DNA of 64,000 bases, taken from an uncultured virus (IMG/VR IMGVR_UViG_2882072473_000006). Taxonomy: Duplodnaviria; Heunggongvirae; Uroviricota; Caudoviricetes. The notes under the pieces are model-generated. The model made no database searches and was not told where the DNA came from. It worked only from the letters and a program-made list of their open reading frames with translations. The stretch is taken from IMG/VR virus record IMGVR_UViG_2882072473_000006, one strand, 5' to 3'. Made by a program: the position numbers and the translations under genes. Shown here piece by piece: positions 17,015-27,204 of the stretch. Each line of letters begins with the position of its first letter. Position 1 is the first letter of the stretch.

Positions 17015-17528
17015 CGCGGATTCATTTGTAGGCGTCGGCATCTGCATTTTGGGGCTTGTGGGCGTGGGCTACGCCATCGGCGTCCACTCCAAAATGAAGG
17101 TGATGTGCGACCGGCTGGACACCAGCATCGACAACCTGGCCAACAACACCGAAATCGATATTCCCGCAAAGGTCATCGACCAGGCGGTTCAGAAGGCCGT
17201 AGAGCGGGAGTCCTATTCTGCGGTCAAGCGGGCCACGGAGGAGGTCGTGGCCGACGCGAAGCGGGAGATCGAGAGCCGGGTGGGCACGGCGGTAAAGGCC
17301 CAGTATGACGCGATTTCGGACGGTGTGGCAGACCAGATCGCCAAGAACGTCGCCCGGATCGACGAGAGCAAGCTCAAGAAGGAGGTCGTGCAGAAGGCCA
17401 AGGAGCAGATCGCCGAGAAATTCGACGACAAGCTGGACGACCTGCTGGAGGAGTTCAACGGAAATCTCCAGAACGTGGGGAAAATCTATAAATCTATTGC
17501 GAGATCATTTTCTAAGGAGGATATTTGA
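17004..17528 (+). CDS. TM-anchored coiled-coil protein
   Basis: GAGGAGG RBS; N-terminal TM segment. Confidence 0.78.
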   Translation: MRINADSFVGVGICILGLVGVGYAIGVHSKMKVMCDRLDTSIDNLANNTEIDIPAKVIDQAVQKAVERESYSAVKRATEEVVADAKREIESRVGTAVKAQYDAISDGVADQIAKNVARIDESKLKKEVVQKAKEQIAEKFDDKLDDLLEEFNGNLQNVGKIYKSIARSFSKEDI

Positions 17529-17530
17529 CG

Positions 17531-18496
17531 ATGAAAACCAATGAAATCATGAAATCTGTGAGCCTGACCTTCAACAAGGTGGGGTTCCAGCTTCAGAAGA
17601 AGAGCCCTGAAATCCTGGTTGCCGCCGGCGTGGTCGGCGTGGTGGTGAGCGCCGTCATGGCCTGCCAAGCCACTCCCAAGGCCCTCAAGGTGGCAGAGAA
17701 GACCCAGGACGACGTCGAACGGATTCAGAGCGCCGAGGATTCCGGCGTTACCCAGGCCGGAGAGACCTACACCAAGGAGGACGCCCGCGGCGACCGTATG
17801 CAGGTCTACGCCCACACCGGCTTCCAGTACATCAGGCTGTATGCCCCCGCCGTTCTGCTGGGCGCGGCGTCCATCACCTGCATCCTCACCAGCCACAAGC
17901 TCATGAGAAAGCGCAACATGGCGCTGGCGGCGGCCTATGCCACCCTGGACAAACACTTTAAGGATTACCGCGGCCGTGTGCTGGAGCGGTTCGGCGAGCA
18001 GGTGGAGAAGGAGCTGCGCTACAATATCAAGGCCAAGGAGATCGAGACCACGGTGGTGGACGAGAATGGTAAGGAGAAGAAGGTCAAGGAGACGGTGGAC
18101 GTAGCCGCCGAGGGCTGGGACCCCTCCAAGTACAGCCCCTATGCCCGTATCTTTGACGAGGGCCACCCCGCCTACATGAAGGATGCCGAGCAGAACAAAT
18201 TTTACCTGCTGGCCCTTCAGGCCCAGGCCAACGACCGGCTCAAGTCCCGCGGCCACCTGTTCCTCAACGAGGTCTATGAGATGCTGGGCTTCCGCCTGAC
18301 CAAGGCCGGCGCCGTGGTGGGCTGGATCTATGACCCCAGAGAGCCCATGGGGGACAACTTTGTGGACTTCGGCATGTTCGAGGTGTGCCGCGAGAAGGCG
18401 GTGGACTTCGTGAACGGCTACGAGCGGTCCTTTATCCTGGACTTCAACGTGGTGGGCGACATCACCGACGCGCTGGCCACCCACCAGACGCTGTGA
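17531..18496 (+). CDS. DUF6353-like protein, paralog 3
   Basis: KKSPEIL...GHLFLNEVY.MLG...VGW...LDFNV.G. Confidence 0.82.
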   Translation: MKTNEIMKSVSLTFNKVGFQLQKKSPEILVAAGVVGVVVSAVMACQATPKALKVAEKTQDDVERIQSAEDSGVTQAGETYTKEDARGDRMQVYAHTGFQYIRLYAPAVLLGAASITCILTSHKLMRKRNMALAAAYATLDKHFKDYRGRVLERFGEQVEKELRYNIKAKEIETTVVDENGKEKKVKETVDVAAEGWDPSKYSPYARIFDEGHPAYMKDAEQNKFYLLALQAQANDRLKSRGHLFLNEVYEMLGFRLTKAGAVVGWIYDPREPMGDNFVDFGMFEVCREKAVDFVNGYERSFILDFNVVGDITDALATHQTL

Positions 18497-18506
18497 GGGC
18501 TGAGCC

Positions 18507-19085
18507 ATGAAGAAATTTTTGGCGACCCTGCTGCTTGCAGCCGTAATGCTCACCGGAGCGTCCTTCTGTGTGGAGTATGAGCCTGCCGCCGCTTTGGAGC
18601 CGGTTGCCACCCCGGTCCATGCGGTTGCGGAACAGGTCAACCTGACGGAGAAACGGGCTGATATTCCTCAGCCTGTGGTCTCCAAGGCCCCTGTCGTCCA
18701 GCCGGAGGAACCGATGGAAGAGCCCAACGCCGTCACGCTGACCCAGGAGGAGATCGACCTGATCGCCCTCTGCGTGATGGCGGAGGCGGAAGGCGAGCCG
18801 GAGGAGGGCCAGCGGCTGGTTATCGACACCATTTTGAACCGGGTGGACGACCCCCGGTTTCCCGGCAATGTCCACGACGTGATTTATCAGAAGAACCAGT
18901 TTGCCGGCATGTATGGAGAGCGTATCGAGCGCTGCTATGTGAAGGAAGAGCTGGTTCAGCTGGTCCGGGAGGAGCTGGAGAACCGCACGAACAGCGAGGT
19001 GGTCTTCTTCCGGACTGGCCACTATCATTCCTACGGCGTCCCCCTGTTCCAGGTGGGGGCGCATTATTTTTCCAGTTATGAGTAA
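18507..19085 (+). CDS. SleB-like cell wall hydrolase (Hydrolase_2)
   Basis: Signal peptide; AEAEGE...V...ILNRV...FP..V..VIYQ..QF...G.HYF. Confidence 0.85.
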   Translation: MKKFLATLLLAAVMLTGASFCVEYEPAAALEPVATPVHAVAEQVNLTEKRADIPQPVVSKAPVVQPEEPMEEPNAVTLTQEEIDLIALCVMAEAEGEPEEGQRLVIDTILNRVDDPRFPGNVHDVIYQKNQFAGMYGERIERCYVKEELVQLVREELENRTNSEVVFFRTGHYHSYGVPLFQVGAHYFSSYE

Positions 19086-19099
19086 AGGAGGCGCGCATT

Positions 19100-19195
19100 A
19101 TGAAAACCTGCATCAAAGCCCTGCTGTCCTACGCCCTGGCCACCGTATCGGGGCTCTGCCTGGTCGGCGGCGTCACCATTTTGTCCAGGAGGTAA
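19100..19195 (+). CDS. 31-aa hydrophobic peptide
   Basis: AAGGAGG RBS; MKTCIKALLSYALATVSGLCLVGGVTILSRR. Confidence 0.5.
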   Translation: MKTCIKALLSYALATVSGLCLVGGVTILSRR

Positions 19196-19200
19196 GCGGT

Positions 19201-19365
19201 ATGGAGGGATTTGCAAATCTGGTGTCCATGCTGGACTACGCGGTCAACACCAGAAGAAAACGCCACATCACCGGCGGGCTCCTGATCAGCGCGGCGCTGC
19301 TGTTCGGGGGCCTTGCCATTACCGTCATGAGCACTAAAGACGAAGAGGAGGACTACAATGAGTAA
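19201..19365 (+). CDS. Small membrane protein
   Basis: AGGAGG RBS; TM segment. Confidence 0.7.
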   Translation: MEGFANLVSMLDYAVNTRRKRHITGGLLISAALLFGGLAITVMSTKDEEEDYNE

Positions 19366-19969
19366 ACTTGGCACAGCGCTGGCCTTTCTCGCAGGCGCCG
19401 CACTGGGGGGCGTTTCCGCATGGTATGTCGCCAAGACGCGGTACGACGAGCTTTCCGAGCAGGAGATTGACTCCGCCAAGCAGGCCTTTTATGCCAGGGA
19501 GCAGCAGCTGAAGGAGGAGATCGCCGCTCTGAAGGAGCATCTGGCCAAAGAGGACGAGCCGGAGGAGGCGCCCAAAACCGTTTTGGCGGCCAACAAGAAC
19601 CAGGAGAAGGGCGACATCAACGACTACGCCAAGATGGTCAGCCGGGTTGGATATTCCCGCACCTCGGTGCCCCCGAAGCCGGAGCATGAGGTGGAGGCCC
19701 CCTATGTCATCTCCCCGAAGGAATTTGGGGAGATGGATGGCTACACCCAGATCAGCCTGACCTATTTTGACGACGGCATCCTCTCCGATGAGAATGGGGT
19801 CATCATCGACGAGCCGGAGGATATTGTTGGGGACGCCCTGAACCACTTCGGGGAGTACGAGGAGGATTCCGTCTTTGTCAGGAGCGACCCCAAGCGGTGC
19901 GACTACGAGATCCTGCGGGATCTGCGCAGCTACGCGGAGTTCCGCTCCACCCTTCCTCCGAAAATTTGA
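19358..19969 (+). CDS. TM-anchored hypothetical protein
   Basis: RBS; coupled to upstream gene. Confidence 0.8.
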   Translation: MSKLGTALAFLAGAALGGVSAWYVAKTRYDELSEQEIDSAKQAFYAREQQLKEEIAALKEHLAKEDEPEEAPKTVLAANKNQEKGDINDYAKMVSRVGYSRTSVPPKPEHEVEAPYVISPKEFGEMDGYTQISLTYFDDGILSDENGVIIDEPEDIVGDALNHFGEYEEDSVFVRSDPKRCDYEILRDLRSYAEFRSTLPPKI

Positions 19970-19985
19970 AAGGGAGGTCTGACGC

Positions 19986-20543
19986 TTGACCCGGGATGAA
20001 CTGATTGACCAGTATTTTGACTGGATGTATCAGCTCGTGGTCGACGACCGATATTCTAACAAGTCCTATCGCAAGCTGTTTGCGCGGCTTTACGATACGG
20101 AATTCACCTATACGATTCCGATGGACGGCAACCGGGCCGAAGACGGCATCGACCTTAGATATCGGTTCGGTCGCGAGCAACTATATTCTGACGCCATGGT
20201 CGCGTCCTGCCTGGACGACCGCCCGTGCAGCATTCTGGAAATGATGATCGCCCTCGCCATCCGCTGCGAGGAGCACATCATGGATGACCCCGACGCCGGA
20301 GACCGGACGGGGCAGTGGTTCTGGAGTATGCTGGTGAGCCTGGGGCTCGGCTCCATGGACGACCGGAAGTTTGACCGATATTTTGTTGATCAGACGCTGG
20401 AGCGGTTCCTGGAACGCGGGTACGGACGCAACGGCGAAGGCGGGCTCTTTACCGTGGACAACGGCCGCGACATGCGGAACACGGAAATCTGGTATCAGAT
20501 GAACTATTACCTGCGCGAAATCATCAGGGAGGGAGGCATTTAG
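19986..20543 (+). CDS. Hypothetical phage protein
   Basis: GGGAGG RBS; TTG start. Confidence 0.8.
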   Translation: MTRDELIDQYFDWMYQLVVDDRYSNKSYRKLFARLYDTEFTYTIPMDGNRAEDGIDLRYRFGREQLYSDAMVASCLDDRPCSILEMMIALAIRCEEHIMDDPDAGDRTGQWFWSMLVSLGLGSMDDRKFDRYFVDQTLERFLERGYGRNGEGGLFTVDNGRDMRNTEIWYQMNYYLREIIREGGI

Positions 20544-20544
20544 C

Positions 20545-20793
20545 ATGAGTAAAAAGGGAAAATTCGTGGATATCTGCACGCTGGAGGACTTGACGGCCCT
20601 GGTAAACCACAACTTCCAGGCCTTTGAGAAGCGGGTGGCCAAGCTGAGCCGTAAAAGCAGCATGTTGACCGTGCTCGCCGTTGCCGCAGTTGTGGGCGTT
20701 TACGCCCTGGCGGCGGAGAACCGGAAGCGGGAGGAACAGGTCTACCAGCTTTCGGTCCGTGTGAAAAAGCTGGAGTATGATAAAGGAGAGTAA
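20545..20793 (+). CDS. Small membrane protein
   Basis: GGAGG RBS; TM segment. Confidence 0.72.
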   Translation: MSKKGKFVDICTLEDLTALVNHNFQAFEKRVAKLSRKSSMLTVLAVAAVVGVYALAAENRKREEQVYQLSVRVKKLEYDKGE

Positions 20794-20801
20794 GTGACCC
20801 G

Positions 20802-23800
20802 ATGCTGGACTTCTTGATGATTTCAACGCGCAGCGGGAAACGCGGCATCATCGAGATCTATCCCAAGTTTATCATCAAGAAAAGTAGCGACCTCATGATC
20901 AGAGGCGGCGACTTCTATGCAATCTGGATTGACGAACGGGGTATGTGGTCGACTGATGAACAGGACGCGGTCGACTTGATCGACCGTGAGCTGGACCGAT
21001 ACGCAGAAGAAAACCGCACGCGCTTTGACGGCAACATTCGCGTCCTCCATATGTGGGACGCGGAAACTGGCATGATCGACACCTGGCACAAGTATTGCCA
21101 GAAGCAGATGAAAGACCAGTTCCATATGCTCGATGAAAAGCTGATATTCTCCAACACGAAAGTGACCAAGCGCGACTACGCCAGCAAGTCCCTCCCCTAC
21201 CCCCTGGAGCCGGGGGAGACTCCGGCGTGGGAGCGTCTGGTCTCCACATTATATTCTCCCGAGGAGCGGCACAAGATCGAGTGGTGCATCGGGGCTATCG
21301 TTACCGGGGAGTCCAAGAAGCTGCAAAAGTTTCTGGTCTTCTACGGAGCGGTGGGCACCGGAAAGAGCACCATCATCAATGTGATCATGCAGCTCTTCGA
21401 GGGATACCACACCAGCTTCAGCGCCAAGGACCTGGGCTCCTCCAGCAACGCCTTTGCTCTGGAGGCCTTCCGCGCCAATCCGCTGGTGGCCATTCAGCAT
21501 GACGGCGACCTCTCCCGCATCGAGGACAACACCCGCATCAATTCGCTGGTGTCCCACGAGATGATGACTGTCAACGAAAAGTTCCGCTCCGCCTACTCCA
21601 ACCGCTTTAAGACCTTCCTCATCATGGGAACCAACAAGCCGGTCAAGATTACGGACGCGAAATCCGGTGTCATCCGAAGGCTGATCGACGTGACGCCCAC
21701 CGGGGACAAGGTTCCGCCGGACGAGTACCGGAGGCTGACCCGGCAAATCCCCTTTGAGCTGGGCGGCATTGCCTATCACTGTCAGGAGGTCTATCTGGAG
21801 GACCCGGACTACTACAACGATTATATTCCCATCGCCATGATGGGGGCCTCCAATGACTTTTATAACTTCATCGTGGACTCCTATCATGTGTTCAAACGGG
21901 ACGATGGCGTGTCCCTGAAGTCGGCCTGGGAGATGTATAAGGTCTACTGCGAGGACGCCAAGGTGCCCTACCCCGTCTCCCGCATGATATTTAAGGAGGA
22001 GCTGAAGAACTACTTCCGGTGTTACGAGGAGCGGTTCAGCATGGGGGACGGGTCCCGCGTTCGGAACTATTACAGCGGGTTTCGGACGGAAAAATTTGAG
22101 GAACAGGCGCCGGAGGACAAGCCGGTGTCGCCCCCTCACCCCACCATCGACTTTGTGGAGGGGCAGGCTTCGGCGTTTGACAAGGACTGCGCCGACTGCC
22201 CCGCCCAGTATGCAGGCGGAGAAGGCACGCCCCGTAACAAATGGGAGCGTGTCCGGACAAAGCTGTCCGCCCTGGACACCAGCAAGCTGCACTACGTCAA
22301 GCTCCCGGAAAACCACATCGTCATCGACTTTGATATTCCGGACGAGCAGGGCCAGAAGTCCTTTGAGCGGAATCTGGCCGAGGCGAGCAAGTGGCCGGCC
22401 ACTTATGCGGAGGTAAGCAAGAGTGGCTGCGGCATCCACCTGCATTATATTTATTCCGGAGACCCGACGCGGCTCAGCCGGATTTACGACGACCACATCG
22501 AGGTCAAGGTCTTTACCGGCAACAGCTCCCTGCGCCGCAAGCTCTCCAAATGCAACAACCTGCCTATCGCTACGATAAGCTCTGGATTACCGTTGAAAGG
22601 AGAAAACAATGTGGTAAATTCCAAAGTCATTCAAAGCGAAAAAGGGCTTAGAGTTCAGATCAAGCGAAACCTCAATAAGGAAATCCATCCGGCTACTAAG
22701 CCCTCTATCGACTTTATCCACAAGATTCTGACGGACGCCTATGAGAGCGGTATGCCCTACGACGTCACCGATATGCGCAACGCGGTCCTGGCCTTCGCCG
22801 CCAACAGCACCAACCAGGCGGAATACTGCATCAAGCTGGTGAATAAGATGCCCTTCAAATCCGCCGAGGACGGGCAGGGGGTGAAAAACGACGAGGCCAA
22901 GCTGGTCTTTTATGATGTAGAGGTATTCCCCAATCTGTTCCTGGTGAACTGGAAGATCGAAGGCCCCGGTCAAACCGTGGTCCGGATGATCAACCCCAAG
23001 CCCACGGAGATCGAGGAGCTGATGAAGTTCCGTTTGGTGGGGTTCAACTGCCGCCGGTACGACAATCATATGTTGTACGCTCGGCTGATAGGTTACACCA
23101 ACGAGCAGCTCTACAACCTGTCCCAGAAGATCATCAACAGCGAGAAGAAGGCCCGAAGCACCAACTGCTTCTTTGGGGAGGCCTACAACGTCTCTTATAC
23201 GGACGTGTATGACTTCTGCTCGGTCAAGCAGAGCCTGAAGAAATGGGAGATCGAGCTGGGTCTTCATCACCAGGAGCTGGGTCTTCCCTGGGACCAGCCG
23301 GTTCCGGAGGAGATGTGGCAGAAGGTCGCGGAATACTGCGACAACGATGTCATTGCTACCGAGGCCGTCTTTAATGCCCGGAAAGCCGACTTTGTGGCCC
23401 GGGAGATCCTGGCGGACGTGGCCGGGATGACGGTGAATGACACCACCAACTCCCTCACCACCAGAATTATATTTGGCGGAAACAAGCGCCCCCAGGACCA
23501 GTTCAATTACCGGAATATGGGCGACACGACGCAGATCTATGACCCGAACCGGGACCTGCCCTTTACCATGGGAGAACCTGAGTTCGACGAGTTCACCGCC
23601 TTTGACAAAAAGGGACGCCCCATCTTCCCCGGATACAAATTCGAGGGCGGGAAGTCCCTCTATCGCGGTGAGGAGGTTGGCGAGGGCGGCTACGTCTATG
23701 CCGAGCCGGGTATGTACGGCGACATCGCCCTGCTGGACATTGCCTCCATGCACCCCTCCAGCATCATCGCGGAGGAGCTGTTCGGCCCCGAGTACACCAA

Positions 23801-24950
23801 GCGGTTCCAGGAGATCAAGGACGCCCGTGTGGAGATCAAGCACAAGAACTTTGAGAAGGCCCGGAAGATGCTGAACGGCGCACTGGCCAAGTATCTGACG
23901 GATGAGGGTTCGGCAGACGCTCTGGCCCAGGCACTGAAAATCGCCATCAACTCGGTCTATGGCCTGACCTCGGCCAACTTCGAGAATCCCTTCCGGGACA
24001 ACCGGAACAAAGACAATATCGTCGCCAAGCGCGGCGCCCTGTTTATGGTCAACCTCAAGCACGAGGTCCAGAAACGGGGCTTTACTGTTGCCCACATCAA
24101 GACGGACTCCATTAAAATCCCGGACGCAACGCCGGCCATCATCGACTTTGTGATGAAGTACGGTGAGAAGTACGGCTATACCTTTGAGCACGAGGCTACC
24201 TACGACCGGATGTGCCTGGTGAACAACGCCGTTTACATCGCCAAGTACGCCACGGCGGAGAAATGCCAGCTGGCTTACGGCTATGTGCCCGGTGATATTC
24301 GGAAACACCCCGGCGAATGGAACGCCACCGGCACCCAGTTCCAGATCCCCTACGTGTTCAAGAAGCTGTTCTCCAGGGAAGAGATCGTGTTCGAGGATAT
24401 GTGCGAGACCAAGTCGGTCACCACCGCACTGTACCTGGATACGAACGAGACCCTGCCGGATGTATCCGAGTATGAGAAAGAGCTTGAAACACTGCGGAAA
24501 AAATGGCCGGACAAAGAGGGACAGTACCCCATGGATTATGACGAGGTCGTTGCGGATCTGAAAGCCAAAATCGAACCGGGCCACAATTATATTTTCATCG
24601 GCAAGGTTGGCTCCTTTTGTCCTATGAAACCCGGCTGCAACGGCGGTCTGCTGCTGCGGGAGGTCGTGGACAAAAAGACCGGCGAAAAGAGCTATGCCTC
24701 TGCTGGCGGGGCCAAGGGCTACCGTTGGCTGGAGTCCGAGATGGTCAAGCATCTGGGTAAGGAAGACGGCATCGACCGGGGGTACTACGATGCCATGGTG
24801 GACGCCGCCGTTGCGGATATTTCCCAATACGGAGACTTCGAGTGGTTCGTATCCGACGACCCCTATGTGAAAGCGGACGATGACACGCCACCCTGGTTCG
24901 GCCCCGGGGAGCCCTATGGCGATGACGCTACCGCCTTTGATGTGAGGTGA
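20802..24950 (+). CDS. Fused SF3/D5-like helicase, primase-like domain and family B DNA polymerase
   Basis: Walker A GAVGTGKST; VIDFD...SKSG.GIHLHY; exonuclease FYDVEV; polymerase motifs DIASMHPS, KIAINSVYG, KTDS. Confidence 0.88.
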   Translation: MLDFLMISTRSGKRGIIEIYPKFIIKKSSDLMIRGGDFYAIWIDERGMWSTDEQDAVDLIDRELDRYAEENRTRFDGNIRVLHMWDAETGMIDTWHKYCQKQMKDQFHMLDEKLIFSNTKVTKRDYASKSLPYPLEPGETPAWERLVSTLYSPEERHKIEWCIGAIVTGESKKLQKFLVFYGAVGTGKSTIINVIMQLFEGYHTSFSAKDLGSSSNAFALEAFRANPLVAIQHDGDLSRIEDNTRINSLVSHEMMTVNEKFRSAYSNRFKTFLIMGTNKPVKITDAKSGVIRRLIDVTPTGDKVPPDEYRRLTRQIPFELGGIAYHCQEVYLEDPDYYNDYIPIAMMGASNDFYNFIVDSYHVFKRDDGVSLKSAWEMYKVYCEDAKVPYPVSRMIFKEELKNYFRCYEERFSMGDGSRVRNYYSGFRTEKFEEQAPEDKPVSPPHPTIDFVEGQASAFDKDCADCPAQYAGGEGTPRNKWERVRTKLSALDTSKLHYVKLPENHIVIDFDIPDEQGQKSFERNLAEASKWPATYAEVSKSGCGIHLHYIYSGDPTRLSRIYDDHIEVKVFTGNSSLRRKLSKCNNLPIATISSGLPLKGENNVVNSKVIQSEKGLRVQIKRNLNKEIHPATKPSIDFIHKILTDAYESGMPYDVTDMRNAVLAFAANSTNQAEYCIKLVNKMPFKSAEDGQGVKNDEAKLVFYDVEVFPNLFLVNWKIEGPGQTVVRMINPKPTEIEELMKFRLVGFNCRRYDNHMLYARLIGYTNEQLYNLSQKIINSEKKARSTNCFFGEAYNVSYTDVYDFCSVKQSLKKWEIELGLHHQELGLPWDQPVPEEMWQKVAEYCDNDVIATEAVFNARKADFVAREILADVAGMTVNDTTNSLTTRIIFGGNKRPQDQFNYRNMGDTTQIYDPNRDLPFTMGEPEFDEFTAFDKKGRPIFPGYKFEGGKSLYRGEEVGEGGYVYAEPGMYGDIALLDIASMHPSSIIAEELFGPEYTKRFQEIKDARVEIKHKNFEKARKMLNGALAKYLTDEGSADALAQALKIAINSVYGLTSANFENPFRDNRNKDNIVAKRGALFMVNLKHEVQKRGFTVAHIKTDSIKIPDATPAIIDFVMKYGEKYGYTFEHEATYDRMCLVNNAVYIAKYATAEKCQLAYGYVPGDIRKHPGEWNATGTQFQIPYVFKKLFSREEIVFEDMCETKSVTTALYLDTNETLPDVSEYEKELETLRKKWPDKEGQYPMDYDEVVADLKAKIEPGHNYIFIGKVGSFCPMKPGCNGGLLLREVVDKKTGEKSYASAGGAKGYRWLESEMVKHLGKEDGIDRGYYDAMVDAAVADISQYGDFEWFVSDDPYVKADDDTPPWFGPGEPYGDDATAFDVR

Positions 24951-25192
24951 AGACGATGAGCATCGTGCTGATTATATTCTGGTTCGACGTTCTGGCCGCG
25001 TTCATCTGCGCCGCCACCGAACGGTTCTTCCTATGCGGCGTCAATGTTGTGTTGGCGGTTTTGCTGGCTTTCATGGCCATGGTTTATGAGGGACGTCTGC
25101 TGAACCGCGTCAAGAAGCTGGAAGAGGAAGTCGCACTGCTCCGCAGGGGCACGATTATCTGCGAACACCTTTCCCAAATCAACGATAAATGA
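24947..25192 (+). CDS. Small membrane protein
   Basis: Coupled GTG start; two hydrophobic segments. Confidence 0.6.
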   Translation: MKTMSIVLIIFWFDVLAAFICAATERFFLCGVNVVLAVLLAFMAMVYEGRLLNRVKKLEEEVALLRRGTIICEHLSQINDK

Positions 25193-25206
25193 AGGAGAGT
25201 TTTATT

Positions 25207-25698
25207 ATGGCTAACCCCGGAGTGAATGAGAACCTTGTGATCGAGAACGCCCGCCTGCTCTTCCGGAACTTCTCCGGCAGAGAGAGCAAGTACAACCGCG
25301 CTGGACGGCGGAACTTCTGCGTCTACATCGAAGATGCCGCAGACGCCCAGAAGCTGATCGATGACGGCTGGAATGTCCGTGTTCGTCCGCCCCGTGAGGA
25401 TGGCGAGGAACCCCGCTATTATATTCAGGTGGCGGTCAGCTTTGAGAACATTCCGCCCACGGTCTACATGATTACCAAGCGCAAGAAGGTAAAGCTGGAT
25501 GAGGAGTCCATCGACACCCTCGACTTCGCGGAGATCCGCAATGTGGACCTGACCATCCGCCCCTACAACTGGGTGATTCAGGAGGGCACCAAGAACGAGA
25601 AGAGCGGCGTTAAGGCCTACCTGCGTTCGCTGTACGTGGTCATCGAAGAGGATGAGTTCGCCGAGAAGTACGCCGGCGACGAGTATCCGGAGGAGTAA
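25207..25698 (+). CDS. Phage single-stranded DNA-binding protein
   Basis: FRNFSG...YN..G.RNF; acidic C-terminal tail; next to the polymerase. Confidence 0.75.
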   Translation: MANPGVNENLVIENARLLFRNFSGRESKYNRAGRRNFCVYIEDAADAQKLIDDGWNVRVRPPREDGEEPRYYIQVAVSFENIPPTVYMITKRKKVKLDEESIDTLDFAEIRNVDLTIRPYNWVIQEGTKNEKSGVKAYLRSLYVVIEEDEFAEKYAGDEYPEE

Positions 25699-25816
25699 GA
25701 CCAATGTGGGGGCGTCGGTGAATAAGGAGATAGCCGGCGCCCTCTCCTATTTTTGAAAGGAGAAAAACCATGGCAAATGAGGTAAATTGCCGCATGATAT
25801 TTAAGGAGGGTGTGGA

Positions 25817-26782
25817 ATGAAGCCATTCTGGAAAAATTCCCGGAAGAAGAAAACGAAGAACCCTTCCACGCCTCCCCAGCAGAAACCGAGAACACGGGCA
25901 AAACCGAAGTCCATGGAGGAACCGTGGAAACCTCCCATGGCTGTTCCGCCCAAAGCGATGGGGCAAGAAAGAACACCCATCACACAGATGCTGGAATCGG
26001 CTCGTCCCGTCCGGAAAGAGTACATTCCAGCCAGGCCGTCGACGCGAAAGAGCGAGTATTATCACGAGTTTCGCTCCAATTTTCAGCAGCTGCTTTCTCC
26101 AAAATGTCGCCCGATTGATATTTGGAGGGATTTCATCGTCATGGTGGCCTGCGCAATGTCCAATACCGTGGATAAAGCCCATTATGATGAGCGGGAGAAA
26201 CGGTATCTGGAAATCATCAACAAATACGAAGAATCTCAGCAGCATATTTTCCCCAAACTCTATGCCGCTGTGGTCCTGGCTCTGGATGAAAACCCGGAAC
26301 AGGACTTTCTCGGCGAGATGTTTATGGATCTGCACCTCGACTATGAGGAGCTGAAACAGATATTTACGCCATACCACGTGTGCCAACTGATGGCGGACAT
26401 CACGATGGACGACCTTGTTGAGCAGATTGACAAGCAGGGCTATGTTTCCATCAATGACTGCTGCTGTGGAGCAGGAGCAAATCTAATTGCCGCAATCAAT
26501 TCCGCCCGACGCAAATTGGAAGATGCGGGCCTGAACTTTCAGAACCACATTCTGATCATCGGGCAGGACATCGAGGAACTGGTGGCGCTAATGTGTTATA
26601 TTCAGATCTCCCTGCTCGGGGTCGCTGGCTATATCAAGGTCGGAAACGCCCTTACGGAGCCAATGACCCCTGGCGACAGCATGGAAAATTACTGGTTCAC
26701 GCCTATGTATTTTTCTGACGTATGGCACACAAGAAGAACCATTCGGACGTTTATGGATTTATTTAAGGAGGATGCGACATGA
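25817..26782 (+). CDS. N-6 DNA methylase-like SAM-binding protein
   Basis: QIFTP.HV..LMA, NDCCCGAG, GQDI; no canonical NPPF seen. Confidence 0.7.
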   Translation: MKPFWKNSRKKKTKNPSTPPQQKPRTRAKPKSMEEPWKPPMAVPPKAMGQERTPITQMLESARPVRKEYIPARPSTRKSEYYHEFRSNFQQLLSPKCRPIDIWRDFIVMVACAMSNTVDKAHYDEREKRYLEIINKYEESQQHIFPKLYAAVVLALDENPEQDFLGEMFMDLHLDYEELKQIFTPYHVCQLMADITMDDLVEQIDKQGYVSINDCCCGAGANLIAAINSARRKLEDAGLNFQNHILIIGQDIEELVALMCYIQISLLGVAGYIKVGNALTEPMTPGDSMENYWFTPMYFSDVWHTRRTIRTFMDLFKEDAT

Positions 26783-27198
26783 ATAAATGGCCAAGATGCG
26801 AGGACTGCGTGCGCGACAATTACCTTAGAGCGCCCGTCTGTCAAACCTGCGTTGCCGGAAGCAATTTTTTGCCCCGGGGACGCAGCAAGATTTACTACGA
26901 GTCTGTCCAGGAGATGAATCAGCCGCCGGCAGCTTATCGCGCTATAGTTCAGGCCTTGCGGAGGTTTGACGATAGCGCTCTTGTTCCGGAGATTCTGGAC
27001 GTGATGTTCAACGAGCCAGCCACTATCGTCTTCTGGGCCGATGGCACCAAGACTGTGGTCAAAGCCGTTTACGACGAGTTCGATCCGGAGAAGGGGCTTG
27101 CTATGGCGATTGCGAAGAAAGCTCTCGGCAACAAGGGCAACTACTACAATGTCATTGCAAAGTGGACGGACGAGTATCTTGAGAAAGAGGACAAGTGA
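26779..27198 (+). CDS. Hypothetical phage protein
   Basis: PATIVFWADGTKTVVK...FDPEKGLAMAI. Confidence 0.78.
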   Translation: MNKWPRCEDCVRDNYLRAPVCQTCVAGSNFLPRGRSKIYYESVQEMNQPPAAYRAIVQALRRFDDSALVPEILDVMFNEPATIVFWADGTKTVVKAVYDEFDPEKGLAMAIAKKALGNKGNYYNVIAKWTDEYLEKEDK

Positions 27199-27204
27199 TG
27201 CCCC

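Noticed and set aside
22587..24827. Long antisense ORFs (also 21249-22496, 37397-38680, 52777-54780, 57241-59097, 59578-61020)
   Set aside because: Shadows of GC3-rich sense genes, with no RBS or recognisable motifs
25817..26782. Active restriction-modification system
   Set aside because: No NPPF/Y catalytic motif is visible and there is no adjacent specificity or restriction gene
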